Position numbers and translations under genes: made by a program. A stretch of 64,000 bases of DNA. Origin: Gemmatimonadota bacterium (GTDB taxonomy: Bacteria > Gemmatimonadota > Gemmatimonadetes > Longimicrobiales > RSA9). The stretch lies in the NCBI GenBank assembly GCA_017881445.1, contig JADGQX010000001.1:1942-65941 (forward strand). The letters run 5' to 3'. This document shows, piece by piece, positions 26,260-33,893 of the stretch (within the stretch, counting starts at the first letter, position 1; each line of letters starts with the position of its first letter). Below the pieces are notes generated by a model, which worked only from the letters and a program-made list of their open reading frames with translations, searched no databases and was not told the DNA's origin.

Positions 26260-26948
26260 GGCGCGACCCCGGCGGGCCGGTCCTCCACGATGCGCCCGCC
26301 CGCCAGCCGCACGATGCGGCGGGCCCGGCCGGCCAGATCCGGGTCGTGGGTCACCAGCACCAGGGTGGTGCGCGCCTCGCGGTTCAGCTCCACCAGCAGG
26401 TCCACCACGCGCGCGCCGGTCTCCGCGTCCAGGTTGCCCGTGGGCTCATCCGCGAACAGTATCCTCGGACGGTTGGCGAAAGCGCGCGCCAGGGCGACGC
26501 GCTGCTGCTCGCCGCCGGAGAGCTGCGCCGGGTAGTGGTGCTCGCGGCCCTCCAGGCCGACCCGCTGCAGCAGATCCTGGGCCCGCGCCTGCGCGCCGTC
26601 CCCGGCGCGCCCGGCCAGCTCCAGCGGCACCAGCACATTCTCGAACGCCGTGAGGGTGGGGATGAGATGGAAGGTCTGGAAAACGAAGCCCACGTTCTCC
26701 GCCCGGAACCGCGCCCGCGCGTCCTCCGACAACCCCGTGAGCTGCACCCCGCCCACCGTGACGTTGCCGGCGCTGGGCCGGTCCAGTCCGGCGAGCAGCC
26801 CGAGCAGCGTCGTCTTGCCGCTGCCCGACGGACCCACGATGGCGACGAACCCCTCCGACTCCACGGTCAGGTCCAGCGCGTGCAGCACCACCAGCGGGCG
26901 ACCCCCGCTCAGGTACGTTTGCTCCAGACCCCTGGCGACGATTTCCAT
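26256..26948 (-). CDS. ybbA: ABC transporter ATP-binding protein (YbbA/LolD-like)
   Basis: ORF track 26256..27032, trimmed to ATG 26948 (MEIVARGLEQTYLSGG). Walker A is GPSGSGKTT, the signature is LSGGEQQR, and Walker B is ILFADEPT. Confidence 0.92.
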   Translation of the reverse strand: MEIVARGLEQTYLSGGRPLVVLHALDLTVESEGFVAIVGPSGSGKTTLLGLLAGLDRPSAGNVTVGGVQLTGLSEDARARFRAENVGFVFQTFHLIPTLTAFENVLVPLELAGRAGDGAQARAQDLLQRVGLEGREHHYPAQLSGGEQQRVALARAFANRPRILFADEPTGNLDAETGARVVDLLVELNREARTTLVLVTHDPDLAGRARRIVRLAGGRIVEDRPAGVAP

Positions 26949-27690
26949 GAGACTACCGGTCTTTCTCTCGTTGCTCGCCGCACTGGCGGCGTGTGGTGGC
27001 GGCGCGCAGAACCGTGCCTCCGCGGATTCCACCGGCGCGCGCGCGACGCCGGAGTCGCGTCAAGCTACCGCGGCGCTCCCCGATTCTCCACAGCCGGCCC
27101 CCCGGCGCGAGGACACCCGCCCCGTCGTGCTCTTCCTCGGCAACTCGCTCTCGGCCGGGCTGGGCGTGCCCGAGGACTCCGCGTTTCCCGCCGTCATACA
27201 GCAGAAGATCGACTCGGCCGGCCTACGGTTCCGGGTCAAGAACGCCGGCGTGAGCGGCGCCACCTCCGCCGATGGCCTGCAGCAGGCGGACTGGCTGCTG
27301 CGCCAGCCGGTGGACGTGCTCGTGCTCGAGCTGGGTGGCAATGACGCGCTCCGCGGCCTGCCACCCCAGGCGCTGCAGGACAACCTGCGCGGCATCATCC
27401 GCACCTTCAGGGCCCGCCACCCCGGGCTGCCCGTCGTCCTCGCCGGCATGGAAGCACCACCCAACATGGGGCCCGCCTACGCGACCGCCTTCCGCCAGGT
27501 GTACCGCACGCTCGCGCGCGAGGAGCCCGCCGCCCTGATCCCCTTCCTGCTGCAGGACGTCGGCGGCATCCCCCGTCTCAATCAGGCCGACCACATCCAT
27601 CCCACCAGCGCGGGACACCGCATCGTGGCGGCCAACGTCTGGCGGGTGCTGGAGCCCGTGCTGCGACGCTTGGGCGGCAGCGCGCGGTAG
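26947..27690 (+). CDS. tesA: SGNH arylesterase / acyl-CoA thioesterase I-like lipoprotein (TesA-like)
   Basis: ORF track 26650..27690, trimmed to ATG 26947 (MRLPVFLSLLAALAACGG, with a lipobox). The SGNH blocks are FLGNSLSAG, GVSG, LGGNDAL and DHIHPT. It is divergent from ybbA-ybbP, as in E. coli. Confidence 0.88.
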   Translation: MRLPVFLSLLAALAACGGGAQNRASADSTGARATPESRQATAALPDSPQPAPRREDTRPVVLFLGNSLSAGLGVPEDSAFPAVIQQKIDSAGLRFRVKNAGVSGATSADGLQQADWLLRQPVDVLVLELGGNDALRGLPPQALQDNLRGIIRTFRARHPGLPVVLAGMEAPPNMGPAYATAFRQVYRTLAREEPAALIPFLLQDVGGIPRLNQADHIHPTSAGHRIVAANVWRVLEPVLRRLGGSAR

Positions 27691-27846
27691 CCCGCGCCAA
27701 CGGACCCTCGGGCCCGTGCTAGCTCCCGCCGAGCGGTCGGGACGGCCTCTCGACCCTTCCGCTCCCGATTCCGGCGCTGCCGCTCCGCCACGGCACAGGG
27801 GGTGCAAGGCGCATGGGCGTGCGTACCACCCTGGAGGCGTAAGCCC

Positions 27847-28734
27847 ATGCGCAGACTAGCATTCCTTGTACTCCCCCTTACGCTTGTGACGGCGCCGCTG
27901 GCGCCGGTGCTGGCGCAGGGCAGCGACAGCACCAACGCCCGGCCGGTGGCGTTCTTCACGTATCGCGACGCAGTGCTCCTCGGCATCTTCGCCGCGGGCA
28001 CCCTCGCCATGGACCCGCTGGACCGCCACTTCGCCAGTCAGCTGCAGGATTCCACCACGCAGAACAACCGGTTCCTGCGGCAGGGCTCCACCTTCTTCCG
28101 GCTCATGGGCCAGCCTGCGCCGCAGATCATCGGGCTGGGGCTGTACGGCGTGGGGCGCCTGACGCACAGCAAGCGCCTCACCCGGCTGGCGGTGGACGGC
28201 TCGGAGGCCATGCTGCTGAGTACCCTGGCGACGACCACGATCAAGGTCCTGGCCGGCCGGGCGCGGCCCGTCGTGGACACGACCAAGGCCCTGGGATTCA
28301 AGTTCGGGCGGGGCCTGCCGCATTTCCTGGGAGGGAAAGGCACGCTGTACCAGTCGTTCCCCTCCGGGCACGCCACCACCGCCTTCGCGGTGGCCTCCGC
28401 CTCCACCGCCGAGTTCAGCCGCTGGGTGGACCAGTGGCACGCGTCTCCGGCCTGGAAGTACGGTGTGGGCACCGTGCTGTACGGCGGGGCCACCCTGGTC
28501 GGTCTCTCGCGCATGTACAACAACGCCCATTGGGCCAGCGACGTGCTGGCCGGTGCCGCCATCGGCACGTTTGCCGGCATCAAGACCGTGCGCTACAACT
28601 ACCGCAACCCGACCAACAAGCTGGAGCGCTGGCTAGTGGCGGTCCAGGTCGTGCCGGCGCAGGGCGACTCGCCCAGCTACCTGGGTGTCTCCCTCACCCC
28701 GTCGCTGGAGCCGAGACCGATCGTCGGACACTGA
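27847..28734 (+). CDS. Secreted PAP2-family phosphatase
   Basis: ORF track 27802..28734, trimmed to ATG 27847 (GGAGG SD 9 nt upstream; signal peptide MRRLAFLVLPLTLVTAPLAPVLAQG). All three PAP2 motifs are canonical: KVLAGRARP, PSGH and SRMYNNAHWASD. Confidence 0.85.
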   Translation: MRRLAFLVLPLTLVTAPLAPVLAQGSDSTNARPVAFFTYRDAVLLGIFAAGTLAMDPLDRHFASQLQDSTTQNNRFLRQGSTFFRLMGQPAPQIIGLGLYGVGRLTHSKRLTRLAVDGSEAMLLSTLATTTIKVLAGRARPVVDTTKALGFKFGRGLPHFLGGKGTLYQSFPSGHATTAFAVASASTAEFSRWVDQWHASPAWKYGVGTVLYGGATLVGLSRMYNNAHWASDVLAGAAIGTFAGIKTVRYNYRNPTNKLERWLVAVQVVPAQGDSPSYLGVSLTPSLEPRPIVGH

Positions 28735-28749
28735 CCGGGGTGGAGCGAT

Positions 28750-28789
28750 GCGAACGCGCCGCCGGGCAGGAGCCCGGCGGCGCGTTCGC
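28750..28789. terminator. Perfect 18-bp-stem hairpin between convergent PAP2 and helicase genes
   Basis: GCGAACGCGCCGCCGGGC-AGGA-GCCCGGCGGCGCGTTCGC. The arms are exact reverse complements with a 4-nt loop. Confidence 0.65.
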
Positions 28790-28815
28790 GCGTCCAGCTT
28801 CGACGGGCCGGCGTT

Positions 28816-30435
28816 CTAGGCGCGCCGGCGGCCGTTGCCCCCGCCCCGGCGGAAGCCCAACCCCGGGCGTCCAGGCTGCTGCTTGGGGTCGTGGCGCTCG
28901 TGGTGCGAGAGCGGGATATAGCCCGCCACCGGCTCCACGATCTGCGGCTGCTTCTCGTCGTAATCCTCCTGCGACTGAGGCGGTTGGGCCGCCGTCGCGC
29001 CCGCCGGGCGTGCCGTCCGCTGCCAGCCACCCTGGCCGCGCTCCGGACGCGGCCCGCGGGCGGGCCGCTCCGGCCGGGCCGGCCGATCGTCCCGCACGAG
29101 GTGCGGACCGGGGTCGGATTCGGCACGCCTGGCATCGCCGCGCTGGCCGTTGCCGCCGGCCTGGCGCCGATTGCGTCGCTCGAGCTCGTCGGCCTCGCGG
29201 CGCGTGCGCTCGCCCACCTTCGTGGCCGAGCGGGCGCGCTCCTCCGCCTTGCGGGCACGGATCGCCGCGATGCGGTCCTTGAGCGGGACCTCGAGCTGCT
29301 CCTGCACGCGGGCGTCGTAGTCGAAGCCCTCGGCCTTCTTGCGGGGAATCGTCTTGCCGATCGCCCGCTCGATGCTCCGGACGTCCTGCTCCTCGTCCTG
29401 CGACATGAAGGTGTACGCTTCGCCCGTCAGCTCCGCCCGGGCCGTCCGGCCCACGCGGTGGATGTAGTCGTCGGGAACGTTGGGCACGTCGTAGTTGATG
29501 ACATGGCCCAGCGCCTCGACGTCGATGCCCCGCGCCACGATGTCCGTGGCGATCAGCACCCGGATCGAGCCGTCCTTGAACCCCGCCAGCGTCTGCGTGC
29601 GCTGGTTCTGCGAGCGGTTGCCGTGAATGCGCTCGCAGGAGAAGCCGCGCTTCACGAGCTGCTCCGCCAGCCGGTTGGCCCGGTGCTTGGTCCGGGTGAA
29701 CACCAGCACCTGCTCGATGTCGTGATGGTCCAGCAGGTGGGCCAGCAGGTCCGTCTTGAGCTCGCGGCGCACGGGATAGAGCGCCTGCGTGACCCCCGTG
29801 GCCGGCAGCGACTTGCGCTCCACGTTCACCCGCACCGGGTCGTGCATGAACTCGCGCGAGAGCGACGCGATCGGCGCCGGCATGGTCGCGGAGAACAGCA
29901 GCGTCTGACGCTGCCGCGGCACCCGTGAGAGGATCCGCTTCACGTCCGGCAGGAACCCCATGTCCAGCATGCGGTCCGCCTCGTCCAGCACCAGGTGCTC
30001 GATGGAGCCGAGACTCGCGTAATCGTACTGCAGGTGGTCCAGCAGCCGGCCCGGTGTCGCGATCAGCACGTCCACGCCGTTCCGGAAGGCCGTCTCCTGC
30101 GGCTTCATGCCCACGCCGCCGAACACCGCCGCCGACTTCACCGGCGTGTACTTCGCCATCTCCCGCAAGTGCTCCTGGATCTGCGCCGCCAGCTCCCGCG
30201 TCGGCGTCAGCACCAGCACACGTGTGGTCCCCCGCGGCAGGCGCAACAGCCGATTCAGGATCGGCAGCATGAACGCCGCTGTTTTGCCGCTGCCCGTCAT
30301 GGCGCACGCCAGCAGGTCCCGCCCCTCCAGCGCCGGCGGAATCGCCTGCACCTGGATCGGCGTCGCCACGTCGAACCCCATCCCCTGGACCCCGCGCAGC
30401 AGCGCGCTGTCCAGCCCGAATTCTTCGAAACGCAT
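28816..30435 (-). CDS. rhlE: DEAD-box ATP-dependent RNA helicase with an Arg/Gly-rich C-terminal tail (RhlE-like)
   Basis: ORF 28816..30435. The Q motif is GFDVATPIQ, motif I is AMTGSGKTAAF, and the DEAD box is VLDEADRMLD. SAT and YIHRVGRTARA are also present. The basic C-terminal extension is about 160 aa. Confidence 0.93.
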   Translation of the reverse strand: MRFEEFGLDSALLRGVQGMGFDVATPIQVQAIPPALEGRDLLACAMTGSGKTAAFMLPILNRLLRLPRGTTRVLVLTPTRELAAQIQEHLREMAKYTPVKSAAVFGGVGMKPQETAFRNGVDVLIATPGRLLDHLQYDYASLGSIEHLVLDEADRMLDMGFLPDVKRILSRVPRQRQTLLFSATMPAPIASLSREFMHDPVRVNVERKSLPATGVTQALYPVRRELKTDLLAHLLDHHDIEQVLVFTRTKHRANRLAEQLVKRGFSCERIHGNRSQNQRTQTLAGFKDGSIRVLIATDIVARGIDVEALGHVINYDVPNVPDDYIHRVGRTARAELTGEAYTFMSQDEEQDVRSIERAIGKTIPRKKAEGFDYDARVQEQLEVPLKDRIAAIRARKAEERARSATKVGERTRREADELERRNRRQAGGNGQRGDARRAESDPGPHLVRDDRPARPERPARGPRPERGQGGWQRTARPAGATAAQPPQSQEDYDEKQPQIVEPVAGYIPLSHHERHDPKQQPGRPGLGFRRGGGNGRRRA

Positions 30436-30660
30436 TACTTGGTCCCCTGTCCGGACGCACGTACATCCCCCTACGGGGACGTCGCGTCCGTTTACGGATG
30501 CTTCTGTAGCGGCTGAGCTTCGGAAGGAAGGGTGGGTCGGGTCGCACGCCCGGGGGCCTCGGAGGCCCTCTTTCCCGGCGCCGCCGACGACGGTCTCTGC
30601 CGTCGTCCGGTCGTGCCGGCACCCCGCAATCGCATGCGACCGCTGGTGAACTGAGATGGC

Positions 30661-30689
30661 AATCTAGCAGTTTCCCGCTTTTTGCACAA
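30661..30689 (-). promoter_or_regulatory. Sigma-70-like promoter candidate for the helicase gene
   Basis: The minus strand reads TTGTGC, a 17-nt spacer, then TAGATT. It lies in the only AT-rich patch of this gap and implies a ~220-nt leader. Confidence 0.35.
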
Positions 30690-30707
30690 CCGGGGGCGGT
30701 AATTCAG

Positions 30708-30832
30708 GATGGGGCGATGGGGCGACCAGGCGTTCTCACGGGATGTGGTCGAACCTGCGGCACCTGGGCGTCCCAGAGAATCCGCGGACGCGCGCGGCCG
30801 CCGGACTCCCCCCATCTCCCCATCTCCCTATC
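30708..30832. repeat. Octamer-array inverted doublet, copy B
   Basis: The left arm (30708-30723) reads GATGGGGC GATGGGGC. The right arm (30809-30832) reads CCCCCATC TCCCCATC TCCCTATC. The 85-bp spacer is unrelated to copies A and C. Confidence 0.7.
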
Positions 30833-30880
30833 AGGTCCGTGGCGCAGTCGAGTCGGTGGGTCTGCGCAAACACGAGGCCT

Positions 30881-33508
30881 TCAGCGCGCGCCGCGCGACC
30901 TCCACGCCTTGAGCGGCTCGACCCAGGCCGTGGCAGCCACGGCGACGGCCAGGGCGAGGGCCCATTCGCGCGGGCCGATGGCCACGATGTGCAGCAGTCG
31001 GGCAAGGGGCGCGAAGTAGACGGCCGCGACCAGCAGGGCCAGGGTGATGGCGCGCGACCACCACACGGTGCGGGTGGTGGGGATGTCGGCCCGCCAGAGC
31101 GGGCGCACCATGTCGCGCTGCATGAAGACCAGGGCGGACTCACCCAGCACGAGAGCGACCAGGGCGAGGGCGCGGGCGCCGTTCTCGGACACGCCGGTGT
31201 GCAGACTCCAGAGGTACAGCCCCAGGATGCCGAGGAAGAGCGCCACCCCTTGCACGGCCGAGAGCCAGAGGTGTCCGCCGGCCAGTAGCCCGCTGCCGGT
31301 CCCGCGTGGCGGTCGGCGCATGATGTCGGGCGCCGCGGGGTCGGCCTCGAACACGATGGACGCCGTCGGATGCATGACCAGCTCGAGCACGATGAGGTGC
31401 ACCGGCAGCAGGAGCAGGGGCACGCCCAGGAGCGGCACGACCAGCGCGGCCAGCACCAGCGGCACGTGGAACGCCACTACGTAGCCGAAGGCCTTGCCCA
31501 GGTTGTCGAAGATACGGCGGCCGTCGCGCACCGCGTTGACGATTGTGGCGAAGTTGTCGTCCAGCAGCACGAGGTCGGCGGCCTCGCGGGCGACGGCGGT
31601 GCCCCGGCGGCCGAGGGCGACGCCGATGTCCGCCTCGCGCAGCGCCGGCGCGTCGTTGATGCCGTCGCCGGTCATGGCGACGACATCGCCCCGAGCTCGC
31701 AACGCCTTGACGAGCTTATACTTCTGTTCCGGCCTGGTGCGTGCGAAGATGTTGACCTGGGCCACCAGGTCGCTCACTCCTGCCTCGGAGGCCGCGTCCA
31801 GCTCCTCGCCCGTGGCCAGCAGGTGGCCATGGTCGTGCGGCAGGCCGAGGCCGTCGGCGACGGCGTGGGCGGTGACCGGGTGGTCGCCGGTGATCATGAC
31901 CACGCGAATCCCGGCGCGGCGGCACTCGTCGAGGGCCTCGGCCACGCCGGGGCGGAGCGGGTCCATGAAGGCGACGAGGCCGACCAGCTGCAGCGCGGTC
32001 TCGTCCTGCTCGCGCTCGCCGGGTCCGGCGGGCAGCTGGCCGGCGGCCACGCCCAGGACGCGCATGCCGGAGGAAGCCAGCTGGTGGTTGGCGGCGAGAA
32101 CCTGGTCGCGCAGCTCGGGCGAGGCCGTGGCCCGCTCCAGGACGCCCTCGAGCGCGCCCTTGGCGTAGATGCCCGCCGACCCGCCGCCGTTGCGCCAGAC
32201 GTGCGAGTTGTAGCGGTGCTCCGGGTCGAAGGGGTAGTCGCGGGCGAGATCCCGGCGGTGCAGGGCGGCCACGTCGATGCCCTCGAGGCCGGCATAGCGC
32301 ACCAGGGCCTGCTCCAGGGGGTCGAAGGGCACGGGCTCGGAAGCGAGCACGGCGGCCTCGAGCACCCGGCGGGCGGCCTCGTTGAGCGCCGTGCCCTGGG
32401 CGAAGCTCTCGCCATCGGCCCAGACGCCGCCGACATCGAGCTGGCCGAGAGTGAGGGTGCCGGTCTTGTCGGCGCAGATGACCGTGGTGGAGCCCAGCGT
32501 CTCGACGCCGGCCAGCCTGCGGATGAGCGCCCTGCCCCGCGCCAGGCGCCAGGCGCCCAGCGAGAGGTAGAGCGTGTACACCATGGGGAACTCTTCCGGG
32601 ATCGCCGCGATGGCGAGGCTGACCCCGGCGATGACCGCGGCGGCCCAGCCGGCGCCGCGCGCGAACTCGATGGCGGCGACCAGGGCGCAGAGCAGGGCGG
32701 CAACCAGGCCCAGGCGGACGACCAGCCGGTGGATGACGCGCTCGAGGGGCGGGGACGCCTGCTTGATCTTCGCGACCAGGGCGCCGATCAGGCCGTAGCG
32801 CGTGGCGCCGCCGGTGGTGGTCAAGAGGACGCGGCCGCGGCCGGCCATCACCGAAGTGCCGGCGTAGATCTCGCGCTCGACGCCCAGGGCATTCTTGTGT
32901 ACGGGCAGTGACTCGCCCGTGAGCGCGGACTCGTCCAGCAGCAGCGGCCCACCCGAGACCAGCAGGCCATCGGCAGGGGCGATGTCGCCCTCGTGCAGCA
33001 CCACCAGATCGCCCGGCACCAGCTCTTCCGCCGGCACGATCAGCGACTCCTCGTCGCGGATCACGGTGGCGGTGGGCGCGGTCATCTTGCCGAGCTGGTC
33101 GAGGGCGCGCTCGCTGCGCGACTCCAGCACGAGCGTCACGGCGGTGATCGGGATGAGCGCGGCCAGCACGACGATGGCGTCCTCGGGGTCGCCCAGCGCC
33201 ATGTACGTGGCACCGGCGACCAGCAGCAGGACCGCCATGGGGTCCGCGAACGCCCGCAGCAGCAGGAAGACGAGCCCGGACCGACGCTTGGGCGGCACGA
33301 GCAGATTGGGGCCGTGCTGCGCGAGGAGCCGGCGGGCTTGCGCACCGGTGAGACCGGCTTCCTCGGACAGCACGGCCCCCTTGGCGCGCGTCTGCCCTGC
33401 GAGCGGCGACGAGGAGTGCGTGGAGTTCACGGGCTTTCCCCCGCTTCTCCCCGGGCGACGCGGCGGCGTCACCCCTCGGCCGGGGTGTGGGTTCTCCGGA
33501 GCGGGCAA
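30881..33508 (-). CDS. Cation-translocating P-type ATPase (HAD-IC family, P2/P3-like)
   Basis: ORF 30881..33508. It carries LTGESLP, the phosphorylation site ICADKTGTLT, MITGDHPVTA and TGDGINDAPAL, with about 10 TM helices. The start is uncertain. GTG 33430 (VNSTHSS...) is an alternative. Confidence 0.92.
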   Translation of the reverse strand: MPAPENPHPGRGVTPPRRPGRSGGKPVNSTHSSSPLAGQTRAKGAVLSEEAGLTGAQARRLLAQHGPNLLVPPKRRSGLVFLLLRAFADPMAVLLLVAGATYMALGDPEDAIVVLAALIPITAVTLVLESRSERALDQLGKMTAPTATVIRDEESLIVPAEELVPGDLVVLHEGDIAPADGLLVSGGPLLLDESALTGESLPVHKNALGVEREIYAGTSVMAGRGRVLLTTTGGATRYGLIGALVAKIKQASPPLERVIHRLVVRLGLVAALLCALVAAIEFARGAGWAAAVIAGVSLAIAAIPEEFPMVYTLYLSLGAWRLARGRALIRRLAGVETLGSTTVICADKTGTLTLGQLDVGGVWADGESFAQGTALNEAARRVLEAAVLASEPVPFDPLEQALVRYAGLEGIDVAALHRRDLARDYPFDPEHRYNSHVWRNGGGSAGIYAKGALEGVLERATASPELRDQVLAANHQLASSGMRVLGVAAGQLPAGPGEREQDETALQLVGLVAFMDPLRPGVAEALDECRRAGIRVVMITGDHPVTAHAVADGLGLPHDHGHLLATGEELDAASEAGVSDLVAQVNIFARTRPEQKYKLVKALRARGDVVAMTGDGINDAPALREADIGVALGRRGTAVAREAADLVLLDDNFATIVNAVRDGRRIFDNLGKAFGYVVAFHVPLVLAALVVPLLGVPLLLLPVHLIVLELVMHPTASIVFEADPAAPDIMRRPPRGTGSGLLAGGHLWLSAVQGVALFLGILGLYLWSLHTGVSENGARALALVALVLGESALVFMQRDMVRPLWRADIPTTRTVWWSRAITLALLVAAVYFAPLARLLHIVAIGPREWALALAVAVAATAWVEPLKAWRSRGAR

Positions 33509-33544
33509 TGCGGGAGACCCGATCCTGCGACCAAGCTACGCACC

Positions 33545-33841
33545 AATCGGGGGGGGGATATCGGGGAAAGCCCGCGCACGCCGTCGGGCGCAGCCCGACG
33601 GCGCGCGCCAGCACGAGCACGGCACACGTGCACGAGCACGTGCATAGCACGACGAGAAGGAGTAAGGGGGCAACACCAGGAGGAGCAGGAGCATGGGCTC
33701 CGAGGCTGCGCGCGGAGCGGCACCGTGGGAGGCCCAGGAGCATGGGCTCCGGGGCTGCGCGCGGAGCGGCACCGTGGGAGGCAGGCGGCCCGCGCGGGGT
33801 CGCCCCATCCCCCCATCCCCCCATCCCCCCATCCCCCGATC
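33545..33841. repeat. Octamer-array inverted doublet, copy C (degenerate left arm, 5-unit right arm)
   Basis: The right arm (33802-33841) reads GCCCCATC, CCCCCATC x3, then CCCCGATC. The left arm (33545-33566) reads AATCGGGGGGGGGATATCGGGG. The interior holds a hairpin, short direct repeats and a tandem duplication. Confidence 0.65.
33686..33782. repeat. Tandem duplication of a 48-nt unit (49-bp period)
   Basis: CAGGAGCATGGGCTCCGAGGCTGCGCGCGGAGCGGCACCGTGGGAGGC (33686-33733) is repeated at 33735-33782 with a single A-to-G difference. Confidence 0.9.
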
Positions 33842-33893
33842 GCCGTCCCGGCGCCCGGGCGCCGGCGCAGTCGCGCCCGGGCCTGGCCGGCGG

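Noticed and set aside
23776-26535. A 919-aa plus-strand ORF antisense to the FtsX-type permease and the ABC ATPase.
   Set aside because: It has the same shadow-ORF composition (R, G, A, H, D, E runs). The opposite strand encodes a coherent polytopic permease and an ATPase.
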